Source: a virus
Virus record (IMG/VR): IMGVR_UViG_3300032087_004980
DNA length: 60,073 nucleotides
Reading direction: 5' to 3' (one strand)
Of this stretch, positions 1 to 8,973 are shown in pieces. The notes beneath the pieces were generated by a model that searched no databases, was not told the DNA's origin, and saw only the letters and a program-made list of their open reading frames with translations. The position numbers were made by a program, and so were the translations under genes. Numbering within the stretch: the stretch's first letter is position 1; each line of letters starts with the position of its first letter.

Positions 1-91
1 TTAAGAAGATTGACTTCTACTTAAAGGACAGCTATGATGGTCACATGAGCATAGACAAGCTTGTAGAAAGAGCTTATCAGAAGTACAATGC
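1..91. repeat. Exact 91-nt terminal overlap (1-91 = 59983-60073), a circular-closure signature; unit genome about 59,982 bp
   Basis: Base-by-base comparison of both contig ends gives an identical 91-mer. Confidence 0.97.
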
Positions 92-161
92 AATGGAGCA
101 GGCCCAGCAGCAAGGAGCTCCTCCTGCTCAAACAGGCAGACCAGATACATCAAGATACTAA
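1..161 (+). CDS. 3' end of the junction-spanning gene that starts at 58548 (putative internal virion protein, about 531 aa in total)
   Basis: The reading frame of the 58548 ORF stays open to 60073, continues through the overlap and stops at TAA 159-161. Confidence 0.75.
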   Translation, partial: KKIDFYLKDSYDGHMSIDKLVERAYQKYNAMEQAQQQGAPPAQTGRPDTSRY

Positions 162-173
162 TACCTTAGCAGA

Positions 174-3100
174 ATGAATGAAGAGGCACTACAAGACGCC
201 TATACTCTGTTCCAGCAGGGTGGATATACAAAGTCTTTTGATGAGTTTGTAACTCTTATAAACACAAATGATGAGGCCCTCCAAGATGCCTACACTTTGT
301 TTACTGAAACAGGCTACAGCAAAGGGTTTGAGGACTTCAGCACCCTGATGGGTGTAAAAAAAAAAGACGCTGCTTCGCAGCAGGACTCAGTTTTGGGGAT
401 GGATTCTACGGTGCCTACCTCAGGTACAGCTCCGCAGGCTCAACCACAGAGTGGAGATGCGGTTTCTACAGAGACTCCAGTAGCAGGGTTTGAGACAAAG
501 CTGGCGCCTGGTGGTTTTGGCATGGCGCCTGGGTTAGAGTTTGTACAGACTCCAGAAGAACCCAACTTTTTGACAGGTCCTTTTGGAGACTTGGTCAACA
601 GCATTCCTATTATTGGAGACTTGATTGACGACTCTTTTAGATCCGTGTCTAAAGGCAATAAAAGAAAAGAATCTATTGCGGAGACTCACAATATCATTAC
701 AAAGAATGGGAACTTTAACATGGATGATATTACATCCTACGTTGAGTCTGTTCAAAAGTATCAAGATCAGGTTGCTGAGATAGGCAAGAGCAAAGAGATG
801 CTTGAGTTCGAGGCTATCTACGCAGAAGACCCCAATGCATGGGGGTTTGTTCAGGGTATCGCAGCCAATCCAAGTCTTCTTCCAGAAGTGTTTCTTGAAA
901 GCGGCGCATCCATGCTCAATCAGCAGTCTGGTGAGGCCTTTCTTGCTACGCTAGTTGGAGGAACGGCTGGCGGGGCGGCTGCTGCAGGCCCAGCAGGAGC
1001 AGGGGTAGGCGCTGTCGCCTCTATCCCATTTGCTTTTGCTGCTGCGGGATCACAGCTAGAGATTGCTGCCGCCTTTACAGAGCTTGTCCAAGAAGAACTT
1101 GGAGACAACGAGTTCAACGCGGAGAACGTCTACAACCTTCTTAACAACGAGGAGAAGTATGGGGAGATTGTCCGCAAAGCAAAAACAAAGGGCTACACAA
1201 TTGGTGCTATTGACGCCTTTACGGCCAAGGTTGGTATTGGAGCGTTTGCCCGCTTGCAAAAGCAAGGAAAGAGGGTTGCAGCACCGCTGGTTGCCGCCAC
1301 CACAGAAAGCGTAGGCGGAGGAGTTGGGGAGGTTGCTGGCTCTGAGCTTGCGGGCATGGAGTATAGCGCCGCAGATGTTGGCTTCGAGGCGCTTGCAGGT
1401 CAGACAGGTACTCCCGTAACCATCGCCTCTGCAAGAATGGACCAGATGCGCCAGAGAAATCTCGACAAGCCAGCCGTTGTGCTTCCTAAAAACCCTATTG
1501 GTCTTGACACACCCGTGTACTCCATAGATGGGGAGCAGATGGACAAGGACATGTTTGTTGACATGGTGCAGAAAATGAGCCCAGACGAGATTCAAAACAT
1601 GTCACTGTCCGTGGCGAACGACGATCAAACTGCTGGACTTGTAGATGATCTTGTTAGGGGAGCAGAGATTCAGAGAGGCATTGACCCAGAGATTCAGGGT
1701 GAGGATAGAGCCAAGCTTGTGGCCCTTGAGAAAGAGCGTGCTAAATATGAGGGCTCTCCTTTGCGTAGCGCGAAGCGGAAGCTAGGCCAGATTGACGCCA
1801 AGATTGAGGCGATTCAAAACAAGTACGACACTGACCCAGAGATCGCACCAGCGGACCAGGTTGTTCCCACGTTTGGCGATGCCCTTGATTCTCAGGCAAC
1901 CATGCAAGATGGCACTAAAGGTGTTATCAGAAGAGACAAGGAGTACGGAGACAGGATAGTCTTTGAAACAGAGAATCAAATCATGGATTTGGGCAATGCC
2001 CAGGACCTGATGGACAAGCCTGTGTCTGACCTGAATATCACAGCGATCAAGTCAGAGGTGACTGTCACTCCTGACGGTGAGTTCGTTGTGCAGGGGGATG
2101 TGTTTAGCTCTCAGTCAGAGCTGCCAACACTTGGCATAGAGTACGACGAGAGCGGCAACGTAAGAGCCGTGAGCGTAAAGCGAGCCAACGGCCAGCCTAA
2201 GATGTTTGAGGGGGACGTTGCTGAAGACCTTGCGTATCAGATCCTGTTGCAGCAGGCGCAGACTGAATCGCAAGTCGAGAGAGTAAACCAAGAACTAGAT
2301 CAAGACGAAGAATTTCAAAGAGACCATGACCAATATGTCAACCGCAAACAAAAAGAGCTCGATGGAGAAACTCCTGGAGCTGCCACGCCCGTTGCAGATG
2401 AAGTATCTGAAGAAGCATCTGTTGAACCAGAGCCAACCCCAGAGCCCATCGAGCCAAGGCCAGTCGAGCCCCTCGAACCCAGACCAATAACTCGTGAGGA
2501 GCTGGCTAAGCGCCAGAAAGAAGACGACGTATTCCTGCCTAAGGAAGGCGGAAGAACTGTGTTTGGCATCCCAGTAAGTAGCTTCAAAGACTTTGGCAAC
2601 TTCATTAGAAGAAAAGGATTTAGCAGCAGGTCTTTCCGCACTAGGTCTTTTAGGGATTTGATGGAAAAGCAAGAGGGACAAATGTCCTTCTACAACAACT
2701 TGGTTGACAGGACTGTACGTAAGGTAAACAGAGAGTTTAAGAAGGCGAGCAAAGGTCTGAGCAAAGAACAAACTAATCAGCTCAATCAGGCGTTCGACGC
2801 AGCGGTTAGAGGCGATATGAATCAACCGCTTCCTGCTGAACTTAAAGCTCTTGCATCAGAGATGCGAGCTCAAATAGACGGACTCTCTCAGGAATTGCTT
2901 GCACTTGGAGGGCTGCCTAAAGAAATAGCGGAATCAATCGAGGCTAACATTGGAGAATACATGCGTGTGTCTTACCGCATGTTTGATGATCCAAACTATA
3001 AGCCAAGCGACTTTATTAGAGAAAGAGCTAGGCTTATTTTGAGAGGCCAGGTAGAGGAGGCTGCTCGAAACCATGCTGAAAGAACTGGCGAAGATGTTGA

Positions 3101-5075
3101 GGAAGTAATTAATCGCCATATTGACAGGGAGCTGGCGGACATCATTGCCACTGAACAACAATCCTCAGCTTACAGATCAGGCAAGTTTGGAAGTAAGGAC
3201 ATTGGAAGCCTTAAACCTAAAAAGAATATAGACCCAGATATCCAGGCGTTTATGGGTCTGTACACTGATCCAACACTTAACTATGCGAGGACCATTCAGA
3301 CCCTTAGTAACATGGTTACTAACACCAGGTTCTTGAATGATATGTATGAGGCTGGCACAAAGAACGGCTGGATGTTTGAGGCTAACGATCCAAACAGGTC
3401 TCAGCAATTCTCTTACAAGTTAGCTGGAGATAACACTAAAACTTTTGATCCATTGGGTGGTATGTATACCACACCAGAGATTGGCGCGGCATTGGAAAAG
3501 GCACAGCGGCAGTACGGCGTTTTTGCTAAGACCTACAGAACATTGGTGGCATCAGCTAAATACTCAAAGACCATTTTGTCTCCTGTCACTCACAGCGTAA
3601 ACTTTGTTGGGAACGCTGTAATTGCTGCTTCAAACGGCCACTTTGATACTTCATCAGGTCACAATCCTTTTAAAGTTTTGGGCGCAGACATTGGGCTTAT
3701 AGATGATGTTGAACTCACAAACTACTTTGATGAGCTGGTAAAAAGAGGCTTGATCGCGCAGTCCCCCGCATTGAACGAAGTAAAGGCTCTGTTTGAGGAC
3801 GGTAATGTTCAGGCTCTTCTTGAAAACAGAGCTTCAGAATCTAATCTAACAAGAAGACAAAAGGTTTCCAACGCTGTTGCAAAAGGAAAGTCCAAGCCTG
3901 AGAGACTCTATCAGGCGGAGGACGATGTTTGGAAGATTTTTGGAGCAAACAACGAGATTAATAGATACGCTAAAATTTATTACGGCAAGTCTTCTGATCA
4001 ACTTACAGACGCAGAGCTTGACAGGGTTATGGACACAGCTGTTGAGAATGTAAAAAACACCTACCCCAACTATGGAAGAGCGCCTGAACTAATTAAGGCT
4101 CTTAGGTTTGCCCCTATTGGAAACTTTGTAACATTTCAGGCGGAGGCGTACAGAACACAGTACAACATTTTCGCCCTTGCGGCCAAAGAAATATCAGAGG
4201 GAAAGAAGACAAACAACCAGGAGATGATAAACGCAGGAGTCTCAAGGCTTTCTGGGGCTATGGGATATAATTTGTTCCGTCGCAGCACGATAGAAGGAAC
4301 TGCTCTGATGGTTGGATTGGGGTATGCAGGATTTGGTGATGACAAAAAGACACAAGAAGTAAAACAAAAAGAAGCAGACCTTAAAATGTTCCTTCCTTTT
4401 TGGTCAGAAAATTCAGAGGTGTACTACACGAACATAGAGCCAGGCTCAATGACATACATTGATGCGAATGCTTCAGATCCATTTGGAAATATTGACAGAA
4501 TACAAAACGCTTTTCTTAATGGAGACAATCTGCAAGAAAGCCTTATAGAGTCCTTAAGACAAACTGTCGCACCGTTTTCTGATCCAGAGATGGTTGCTCA
4601 AACATTTAACAACCTCATCAACGGAACAAAATCAAGCGGAGCCCCTCTGTACACTGAGGGCATGACTGATGTTCAAAAAGGTGAGGCTATAATCGAGGAG
4701 GTTTACGACCTCTTTAAGCCTGGCGCAATCACATCTATGGAAACGCTTGCTAAAGCAGACAATAAGATTGTAACTGGAATGCTCATGTCGATTGGTCAGC
4801 GTCCTTACAAGGTTGATTTTAACGAGCAGTTTAAGTACAGGGCCTATGACGCTGGGAAAATAATCAGCGATGCCAAGCGCGTTGGATATGACAGAGACAC
4901 CAACACGTGGACCAATGAAGGCAACAGGCAGGTTTATGAAGAGGCCCTCATGGGGTTATCAGATTACTACATGGCTGCGGTGAGGCTTGGTGTTGACACA
5001 GATGCACTCATAGAATCAATGCAAAAAGCAAGAATCAATAACGACGATAGGTACCGTATTAGAGTAGGAAGATAA
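174..5075 (+). CDS. Large virion-associated protein, 1633 aa (putative internal/ejection protein; function unknown)
   Basis: Uninterrupted 4.9-kb ORF with ATG start. N-terminal 2x ~30-aa tandem repeat (N[ED]EALQDAYTLF..GY.K.F.[ED]F). Gly/Ala-rich hydrophobic stretch (GGTAGGAAAAGPAGAGVGAVASIPFAFAAAG). Sits among other large late genes, as podovirus core proteins do. No catalytic motif seen. Confidence 0.8.
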   Translation: MNEEALQDAYTLFQQGGYTKSFDEFVTLINTNDEALQDAYTLFTETGYSKGFEDFSTLMGVKKKDAASQQDSVLGMDSTVPTSGTAPQAQPQSGDAVSTETPVAGFETKLAPGGFGMAPGLEFVQTPEEPNFLTGPFGDLVNSIPIIGDLIDDSFRSVSKGNKRKESIAETHNIITKNGNFNMDDITSYVESVQKYQDQVAEIGKSKEMLEFEAIYAEDPNAWGFVQGIAANPSLLPEVFLESGASMLNQQSGEAFLATLVGGTAGGAAAAGPAGAGVGAVASIPFAFAAAGSQLEIAAAFTELVQEELGDNEFNAENVYNLLNNEEKYGEIVRKAKTKGYTIGAIDAFTAKVGIGAFARLQKQGKRVAAPLVAATTESVGGGVGEVAGSELAGMEYSAADVGFEALAGQTGTPVTIASARMDQMRQRNLDKPAVVLPKNPIGLDTPVYSIDGEQMDKDMFVDMVQKMSPDEIQNMSLSVANDDQTAGLVDDLVRGAEIQRGIDPEIQGEDRAKLVALEKERAKYEGSPLRSAKRKLGQIDAKIEAIQNKYDTDPEIAPADQVVPTFGDALDSQATMQDGTKGVIRRDKEYGDRIVFETENQIMDLGNAQDLMDKPVSDLNITAIKSEVTVTPDGEFVVQGDVFSSQSELPTLGIEYDESGNVRAVSVKRANGQPKMFEGDVAEDLAYQILLQQAQTESQVERVNQELDQDEEFQRDHDQYVNRKQKELDGETPGAATPVADEVSEEASVEPEPTPEPIEPRPVEPLEPRPITREELAKRQKEDDVFLPKEGGRTVFGIPVSSFKDFGNFIRRKGFSSRSFRTRSFRDLMEKQEGQMSFYNNLVDRTVRKVNREFKKASKGLSKEQTNQLNQAFDAAVRGDMNQPLPAELKALASEMRAQIDGLSQELLALGGLPKEIAESIEANIGEYMRVSYRMFDDPNYKPSDFIRERARLILRGQVEEAARNHAERTGEDVEEVINRHIDRELADIIATEQQSSAYRSGKFGSKDIGSLKPKKNIDPDIQAFMGLYTDPTLNYARTIQTLSNMVTNTRFLNDMYEAGTKNGWMFEANDPNRSQQFSYKLAGDNTKTFDPLGGMYTTPEIGAALEKAQRQYGVFAKTYRTLVASAKYSKTILSPVTHSVNFVGNAVIAASNGHFDTSSGHNPFKVLGADIGLIDDVELTNYFDELVKRGLIAQSPALNEVKALFEDGNVQALLENRASESNLTRRQKVSNAVAKGKSKPERLYQAEDDVWKIFGANNEINRYAKIYYGKSSDQLTDAELDRVMDTAVENVKNTYPNYGRAPELIKALRFAPIGNFVTFQAEAYRTQYNIFALAAKEISEGKKTNNQEMINAGVSRLSGAMGYNLFRRSTIEGTALMVGLGYAGFGDDKKTQEVKQKEADLKMFLPFWSENSEVYYTNIEPGSMTYIDANASDPFGNIDRIQNAFLNGDNLQESLIESLRQTVAPFSDPEMVAQTFNNLINGTKSSGAPLYTEGMTDVQKGEAIIEEVYDLFKPGAITSMETLAKADNKIVTGMLMSIGQRPYKVDFNEQFKYRAYDAGKIISDAKRVGYDRDTNTWTNEGNRQVYEEALMGLSDYYMAAVRLGVDTDALIESMQKARINNDDRYRIRVGR

Positions 5076-5077
5076 CT

Positions 5078-5515
5078 ATGGAACAGAACAAAAAAATCAA
5101 AGACACAGGGCTTGGGAAATGGCTGAAGTCAAAAGCACCCAACGTGCTCGATGTGGTAGGAGACCTTCTCCCAGACCAGGGAGGGTTGGGCATTGTAAAG
5201 AATCTTATTGAAAAAGATCCAGACGTAAACACAGACGAAGGCATTGCCGCTGTGGACGCAGAGATTCAGTTTCAGAACAACGTGACTGAGCGCTGGAAGG
5301 CAGACATGGGCAGCGATGTAAAGCTTGCAAAGCTCATCAGACCAGTAACTTTGATCGCCTTGATGACGATGTTCATGGTCACTATGGTGGCGGACAGCAT
5401 GGACAACTGGCCCTTTAACGTAAAGGATTCATACGTAGATTTGTTGCAAATATTAATGCTAACAGCATTTGGTGCATACTTCGCTGGTAGAACCATTGAG
5501 AAAGCTAAGAAATGA
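5078..5515 (+). CDS. Membrane protein, holin candidate (3-TM GTA-type-like layout)
   Basis: 145 aa. Amphipathic N-terminus followed by hydrophobic helices (LIRPVTLIALMTMFMVTMVA; LLQILMLTAFGAYFAG). ATGA overlap with the next gene. Confidence 0.5.
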   Translation: MEQNKKIKDTGLGKWLKSKAPNVLDVVGDLLPDQGGLGIVKNLIEKDPDVNTDEGIAAVDAEIQFQNNVTERWKADMGSDVKLAKLIRPVTLIALMTMFMVTMVADSMDNWPFNVKDSYVDLLQILMLTAFGAYFAGRTIEKAKK

Positions 5516-7653
5516 GATTTTTGTTGCTGATGTTTTTACCCCTGTTTGCTACTGCTCAGACAGGCTGGGTCTCTATCTCTATACAGGGTGATGCATACGG
5601 CAACGAAACTACATGGCTAGTTCGAGACTCCAGCGACGCCATTGTCGCGGGGTCTGCTCCCCTCCAGGGGGAGTATCCTTACGTTGAGGCCTTTCTTCCT
5701 CTTCCTGAAGGCGACTACACCTTTACTATCTACGATTCGTTTGGTGATGGCATCTGTTGCGGATTTGGAGAGGGATGGTTCTCTATCAACACCTGCGTCC
5801 TGGACACCACGGTGTACGACTTCAGCACGTCAGAGATGACCGTCCCCTTCGAGGTGCTTGCGTGTCCGCCCCCCATCTTTGGGTGTATGCAGGTTGGCGC
5901 CATCAACTATCACCCTTGGGCGAACGCGCCTGCCCCTTGCGACTTCCCACCAGCACAATGCGAAGAAGGATACAGCAACGTCCTTGTCACCGTTACGCCT
6001 GACACTTATGCAGCTGAGATCAGCTGGGACTTGATGACGTTCCCAGATGGTGAGATTGTTGCTGAGGGATCAGGCTATTCTATTGTGGGTGCCCCTGTTG
6101 TAGAGGCGGTGTGTCTACCCGTGGGCTCAGAGTTTAAGGTCAACGTGTACGACACCTTTGGCGACGGCATGTGTGGTAGCTGCTACGGCGGCGTCGATGG
6201 AAACATCCTGGTGTCCAACCTGTGTGGCGATGAGCTTTACTACGTTGGTGACACCACTCAGTACGAGAGCATTGGCAGCGACATCATTGCTGTAGACGCA
6301 TGCGTGCCACCAGTGCCTCAGGGGTGTACGGATCCATGGTTTACAGAGTACGATCCGTCTGCTGTGCTAGACGACGGCACCTGCCAGACAGAAGTAATCC
6401 TAGGATGCACTGATCCTCAGTCAATTAACTTCAACGAGGATGCCAATACTCTGGAGACAGAAGATAACTGTGACTTTACTCTGACACTTACAGATGGAGC
6501 AGGTGACGGTTGGTTTGGTAGCTGGATTGGAGTTCAACAGGGCGACGAGATCTGGGGGCCACTTACTATGCACCCCAGTGATGGGTTTGAGAAAGAGGTT
6601 CAGATCCCCTTGTATTCTGGAGAGGGGGTTAAGGTCATGTTCTTTACGCAGGGCAACGCAGAAACTACAGCTAATCAATGTGGGTTCTACTTTGATGGAC
6701 CCAACGGTGTGTTTATGGAGGGCGGAACTAACCCCTGGTCTGACGCCATCAAGAAGTTCCCATTCAAGTACAGTGGTATCCCTGTATGCGGAGACTTCTG
6801 TGTGCCTGCCATTGAGGGATGTACGCTCAGCTTTGCCTGCAACTACGACCCCGCAGCCAACGTGGATGGCGACTGCACTTTTCCCATCGAGTACTACGGA
6901 TGCGACAACGAGTGCATCAACGATGCGGACGGCGACGGTGTGTGTGACGAGCTGGAAGTGGCTGGATGCCAAGACCCAACAGCCTACAACTACAACGAAG
7001 CTGCTACAGACCCAGCAGATTGTGAAGAGGTTGTGTTTGGGTGCACTGATCCCACCATGTTCAACTACAACGAGCTGGCCAACACAGAGAACAATAGCTG
7101 CATTCCGTTCATCTACGGATGCACGATCCCAGAGGCCATCAACTACGACCCCATGGCCAACACCAACAACGGTAGCTGCGAGCTGCCTATGCCAGGGTGC
7201 ATGGACCCTGACGCGGCTAACTACAACGTGTACGCCAACGTGCCAGCCAATGAGGAATGCCTCTACGATGCGGGATGCATCACTGGCCCTGGTGAACCAT
7301 ACTGGGCGAACGACTACTGCTACTCATGGGTCATCGAGGTTGACCCCTACTGCTGTGAGGTTGGTTGGGATGCGGTGTGCATCGAGATGTATGACTACTG
7401 CAGCCAGGGCGTGACTAGTGTAGAGGCGCTGGACTATAACTCAATTCAGATGTGGCCCAACCCAACGTCTGGTGTGCTCAACTTCCAGGCCCCTGCAGAG
7501 GCGTTTGCAGACGTTTACAGCCACTCTGGGCAGCTTGTAATGTCATGGCAGGGAGGCAGAGAGATCGACCTCAGAGCGCTTCCTAATGGATTGTATGAAG
7601 TTGTAATCAATTACAAGGGTAGAGTTAGAGTCGAAAGAATCGTGAAGCAATGA
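5512..7653 (+). CDS. Secreted Cys-rich repeat protein with T9SS (Por) type-A C-terminal sorting domain
   Basis: Signal peptide MRFLLLMFLPLFATA/Q. Three ~100-aa modules with D-[ST]-F-GDG or DGAGDGW motifs. Eight ~25-aa repeats G-C-[TMQ]-[DIL]-P-x-A-x-N-Y-[ND]..A[NT]...C. The last ~80 aa fit the Por_Secre_tail pattern (MWPNPTSGVLNF .. LPNGLYEVVI .. RIVKQ). Confidence 0.88.
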   Translation: MRFLLLMFLPLFATAQTGWVSISIQGDAYGNETTWLVRDSSDAIVAGSAPLQGEYPYVEAFLPLPEGDYTFTIYDSFGDGICCGFGEGWFSINTCVLDTTVYDFSTSEMTVPFEVLACPPPIFGCMQVGAINYHPWANAPAPCDFPPAQCEEGYSNVLVTVTPDTYAAEISWDLMTFPDGEIVAEGSGYSIVGAPVVEAVCLPVGSEFKVNVYDTFGDGMCGSCYGGVDGNILVSNLCGDELYYVGDTTQYESIGSDIIAVDACVPPVPQGCTDPWFTEYDPSAVLDDGTCQTEVILGCTDPQSINFNEDANTLETEDNCDFTLTLTDGAGDGWFGSWIGVQQGDEIWGPLTMHPSDGFEKEVQIPLYSGEGVKVMFFTQGNAETTANQCGFYFDGPNGVFMEGGTNPWSDAIKKFPFKYSGIPVCGDFCVPAIEGCTLSFACNYDPAANVDGDCTFPIEYYGCDNECINDADGDGVCDELEVAGCQDPTAYNYNEAATDPADCEEVVFGCTDPTMFNYNELANTENNSCIPFIYGCTIPEAINYDPMANTNNGSCELPMPGCMDPDAANYNVYANVPANEECLYDAGCITGPGEPYWANDYCYSWVIEVDPYCCEVGWDAVCIEMYDYCSQGVTSVEALDYNSIQMWPNPTSGVLNFQAPAEAFADVYSHSGQLVMSWQGGREIDLRALPNGLYEVVINYKGRVRVERIVKQ

Positions 7654-8684
7654 GATATATCGCAACCACACTGCTGCTGCTGCTATGCTTTAACGCATCA
7701 GGCCAGGGTCTAAAAAAGGCCTTTAAGTTTGCCACCTTCTACACAGCATTCAGTGGAGGTAACTCGTTGTCAGACAGGGAGGTATTCTCCGTGGCCAATG
7801 GTCTTGAGACAGACGTGATCCAAACTCCTTTCGATTACTCCTTGACTGCAGGCGTTCGCAAGATTGCTCGTTTTGGATACGAGAACAGAGCCAACACATT
7901 CTACAACGGAACAGAAAAGTCTTACGGCGATGCCGCCACCATTGGCAAGGTGAGTGGCTTTGAGTTCCTGTTCGAGGGAGACTACAGGAGACAGCAGGGT
8001 GTCAACTACCTGGACCAGGACTATTTCCTCAGATATGTGGCGGACAAGTGGATCGCCAAGGTGGAGTTCCTGCAGGATGGTTTCGCAGATGTAAGATACT
8101 TCGAGGCATCACAGAGGGGGAGAGTTAAGCTTGGCAAACTCTCGCTCAACGCTGGGCTTATGCAGCGCCTGTCAGAGCCATACGGATACGACCCATTGAA
8201 CGAGTGGTTGCTAGACAACAATCAACTTCACTTTACTTCACTCGCTCTGCAGGAGGGGTATAACATTGACGTGAACACGGGTGAGTTCTTCAGCCCAGGC
8301 GGAACGCTCGTGGCCAGCAGCTACGAGGTGTGGGAGGAAGTTGTCATCCCCCAGGCGCTCGAAGATTATGTGAGCAAAAAACGTGGAGAACTGGACAATC
8401 AATGGGTTCATTCTGTGGTAGTTGGCTTTGACTACTACCACTTTACAAAGGACTTTTGGGTGCATAGCTGGGCCAACCTGATCCCCTACCACTTGGACAC
8501 AGACGGCGAATACTCGTACCACAGGTTCGTGAATAGCGGGCAGTGGCTCGACTATTCTGGAGGCCTTATCTTTGGTAAAAGATTCAACAAAAGTTTTGGT
8601 GTATTCGCAGAGGGTAAATACCACAAGTATTGGGACAGGTCATGGCATGACTTCTCTCTGGGAATCAACTATGTAATTATTTGA
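7650..8684 (+). CDS. Exported protein, putative outer-membrane beta-barrel
   Basis: Signal peptide MRYIATTLLLLLCFNASG/QG. 344 aa of alternating aromatic/polar strand-like segments up to the C-terminus (..WHDFSLGINYVII). ATGA overlap with the upstream cargo gene. Confidence 0.6.
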   Translation: MRYIATTLLLLLCFNASGQGLKKAFKFATFYTAFSGGNSLSDREVFSVANGLETDVIQTPFDYSLTAGVRKIARFGYENRANTFYNGTEKSYGDAATIGKVSGFEFLFEGDYRRQQGVNYLDQDYFLRYVADKWIAKVEFLQDGFADVRYFEASQRGRVKLGKLSLNAGLMQRLSEPYGYDPLNEWLLDNNQLHFTSLALQEGYNIDVNTGEFFSPGGTLVASSYEVWEEVVIPQALEDYVSKKRGELDNQWVHSVVVGFDYYHFTKDFWVHSWANLIPYHLDTDGEYSYHRFVNSGQWLDYSGGLIFGKRFNKSFGVFAEGKYHKYWDRSWHDFSLGINYVII

Positions 8685-8685
8685 T

Positions 8686-8970
8686 ATGGCTCAGCAGATT
8701 GGGGAGGACACTAAGATTACGCTAGACCTAAAGACAATAGGCATGCTGGCTGCGGGGATTGGTACAATCGTGGCCATGTGGTTTGCCTTACAGGCAGACA
8801 TCGCTGAGGCAAAGGAGTTGCCCGTGCCACCAGACCCAGACATCACGCGCATGGAGTTTGACATGAAGGACCAGCTTGTCCGTCAGACAATCATGAGCAC
8901 ACAAGAAGATATCACTGAGATTAAGGAGGATATCAAGCGTATTGAAGAAAAAATAGATCAACTAAGATGA
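8686..8970 (+). CDS. Single-pass membrane protein with charged coiled-coil tail (i-spanin-like topology; unproven)
   Basis: 94 aa. TM helix IGMLAAGIGTIVAMWFAL, then EDITEIKEDIKRIEEKIDQL. Confidence 0.6.
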   Translation: MAQQIGEDTKITLDLKTIGMLAAGIGTIVAMWFALQADIAEAKELPVPPDPDITRMEFDMKDQLVRQTIMSTQEDITEIKEDIKRIEEKIDQLR

Positions 8971-8973
8971 GAC

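Noticed and set aside
1-91. The 91-bp repeat as a physical direct terminal repeat or packaging end
   Set aside because: It lies inside a coding sequence that is intact only after circularisation. An exact short overlap is what assemblers leave on circular contigs. Read data are needed to be certain.
6421-7414. Long ORFs 6494-7414 (+, 306 aa) and 6421-6972 (-, 183 aa) overlapping the T9SS cargo gene
   Set aside because: They are alternative-frame or antisense ORFs inside a strongly supported gene. Their translations are low-complexity (Thr/Ser/Arg-rich) with no start context.
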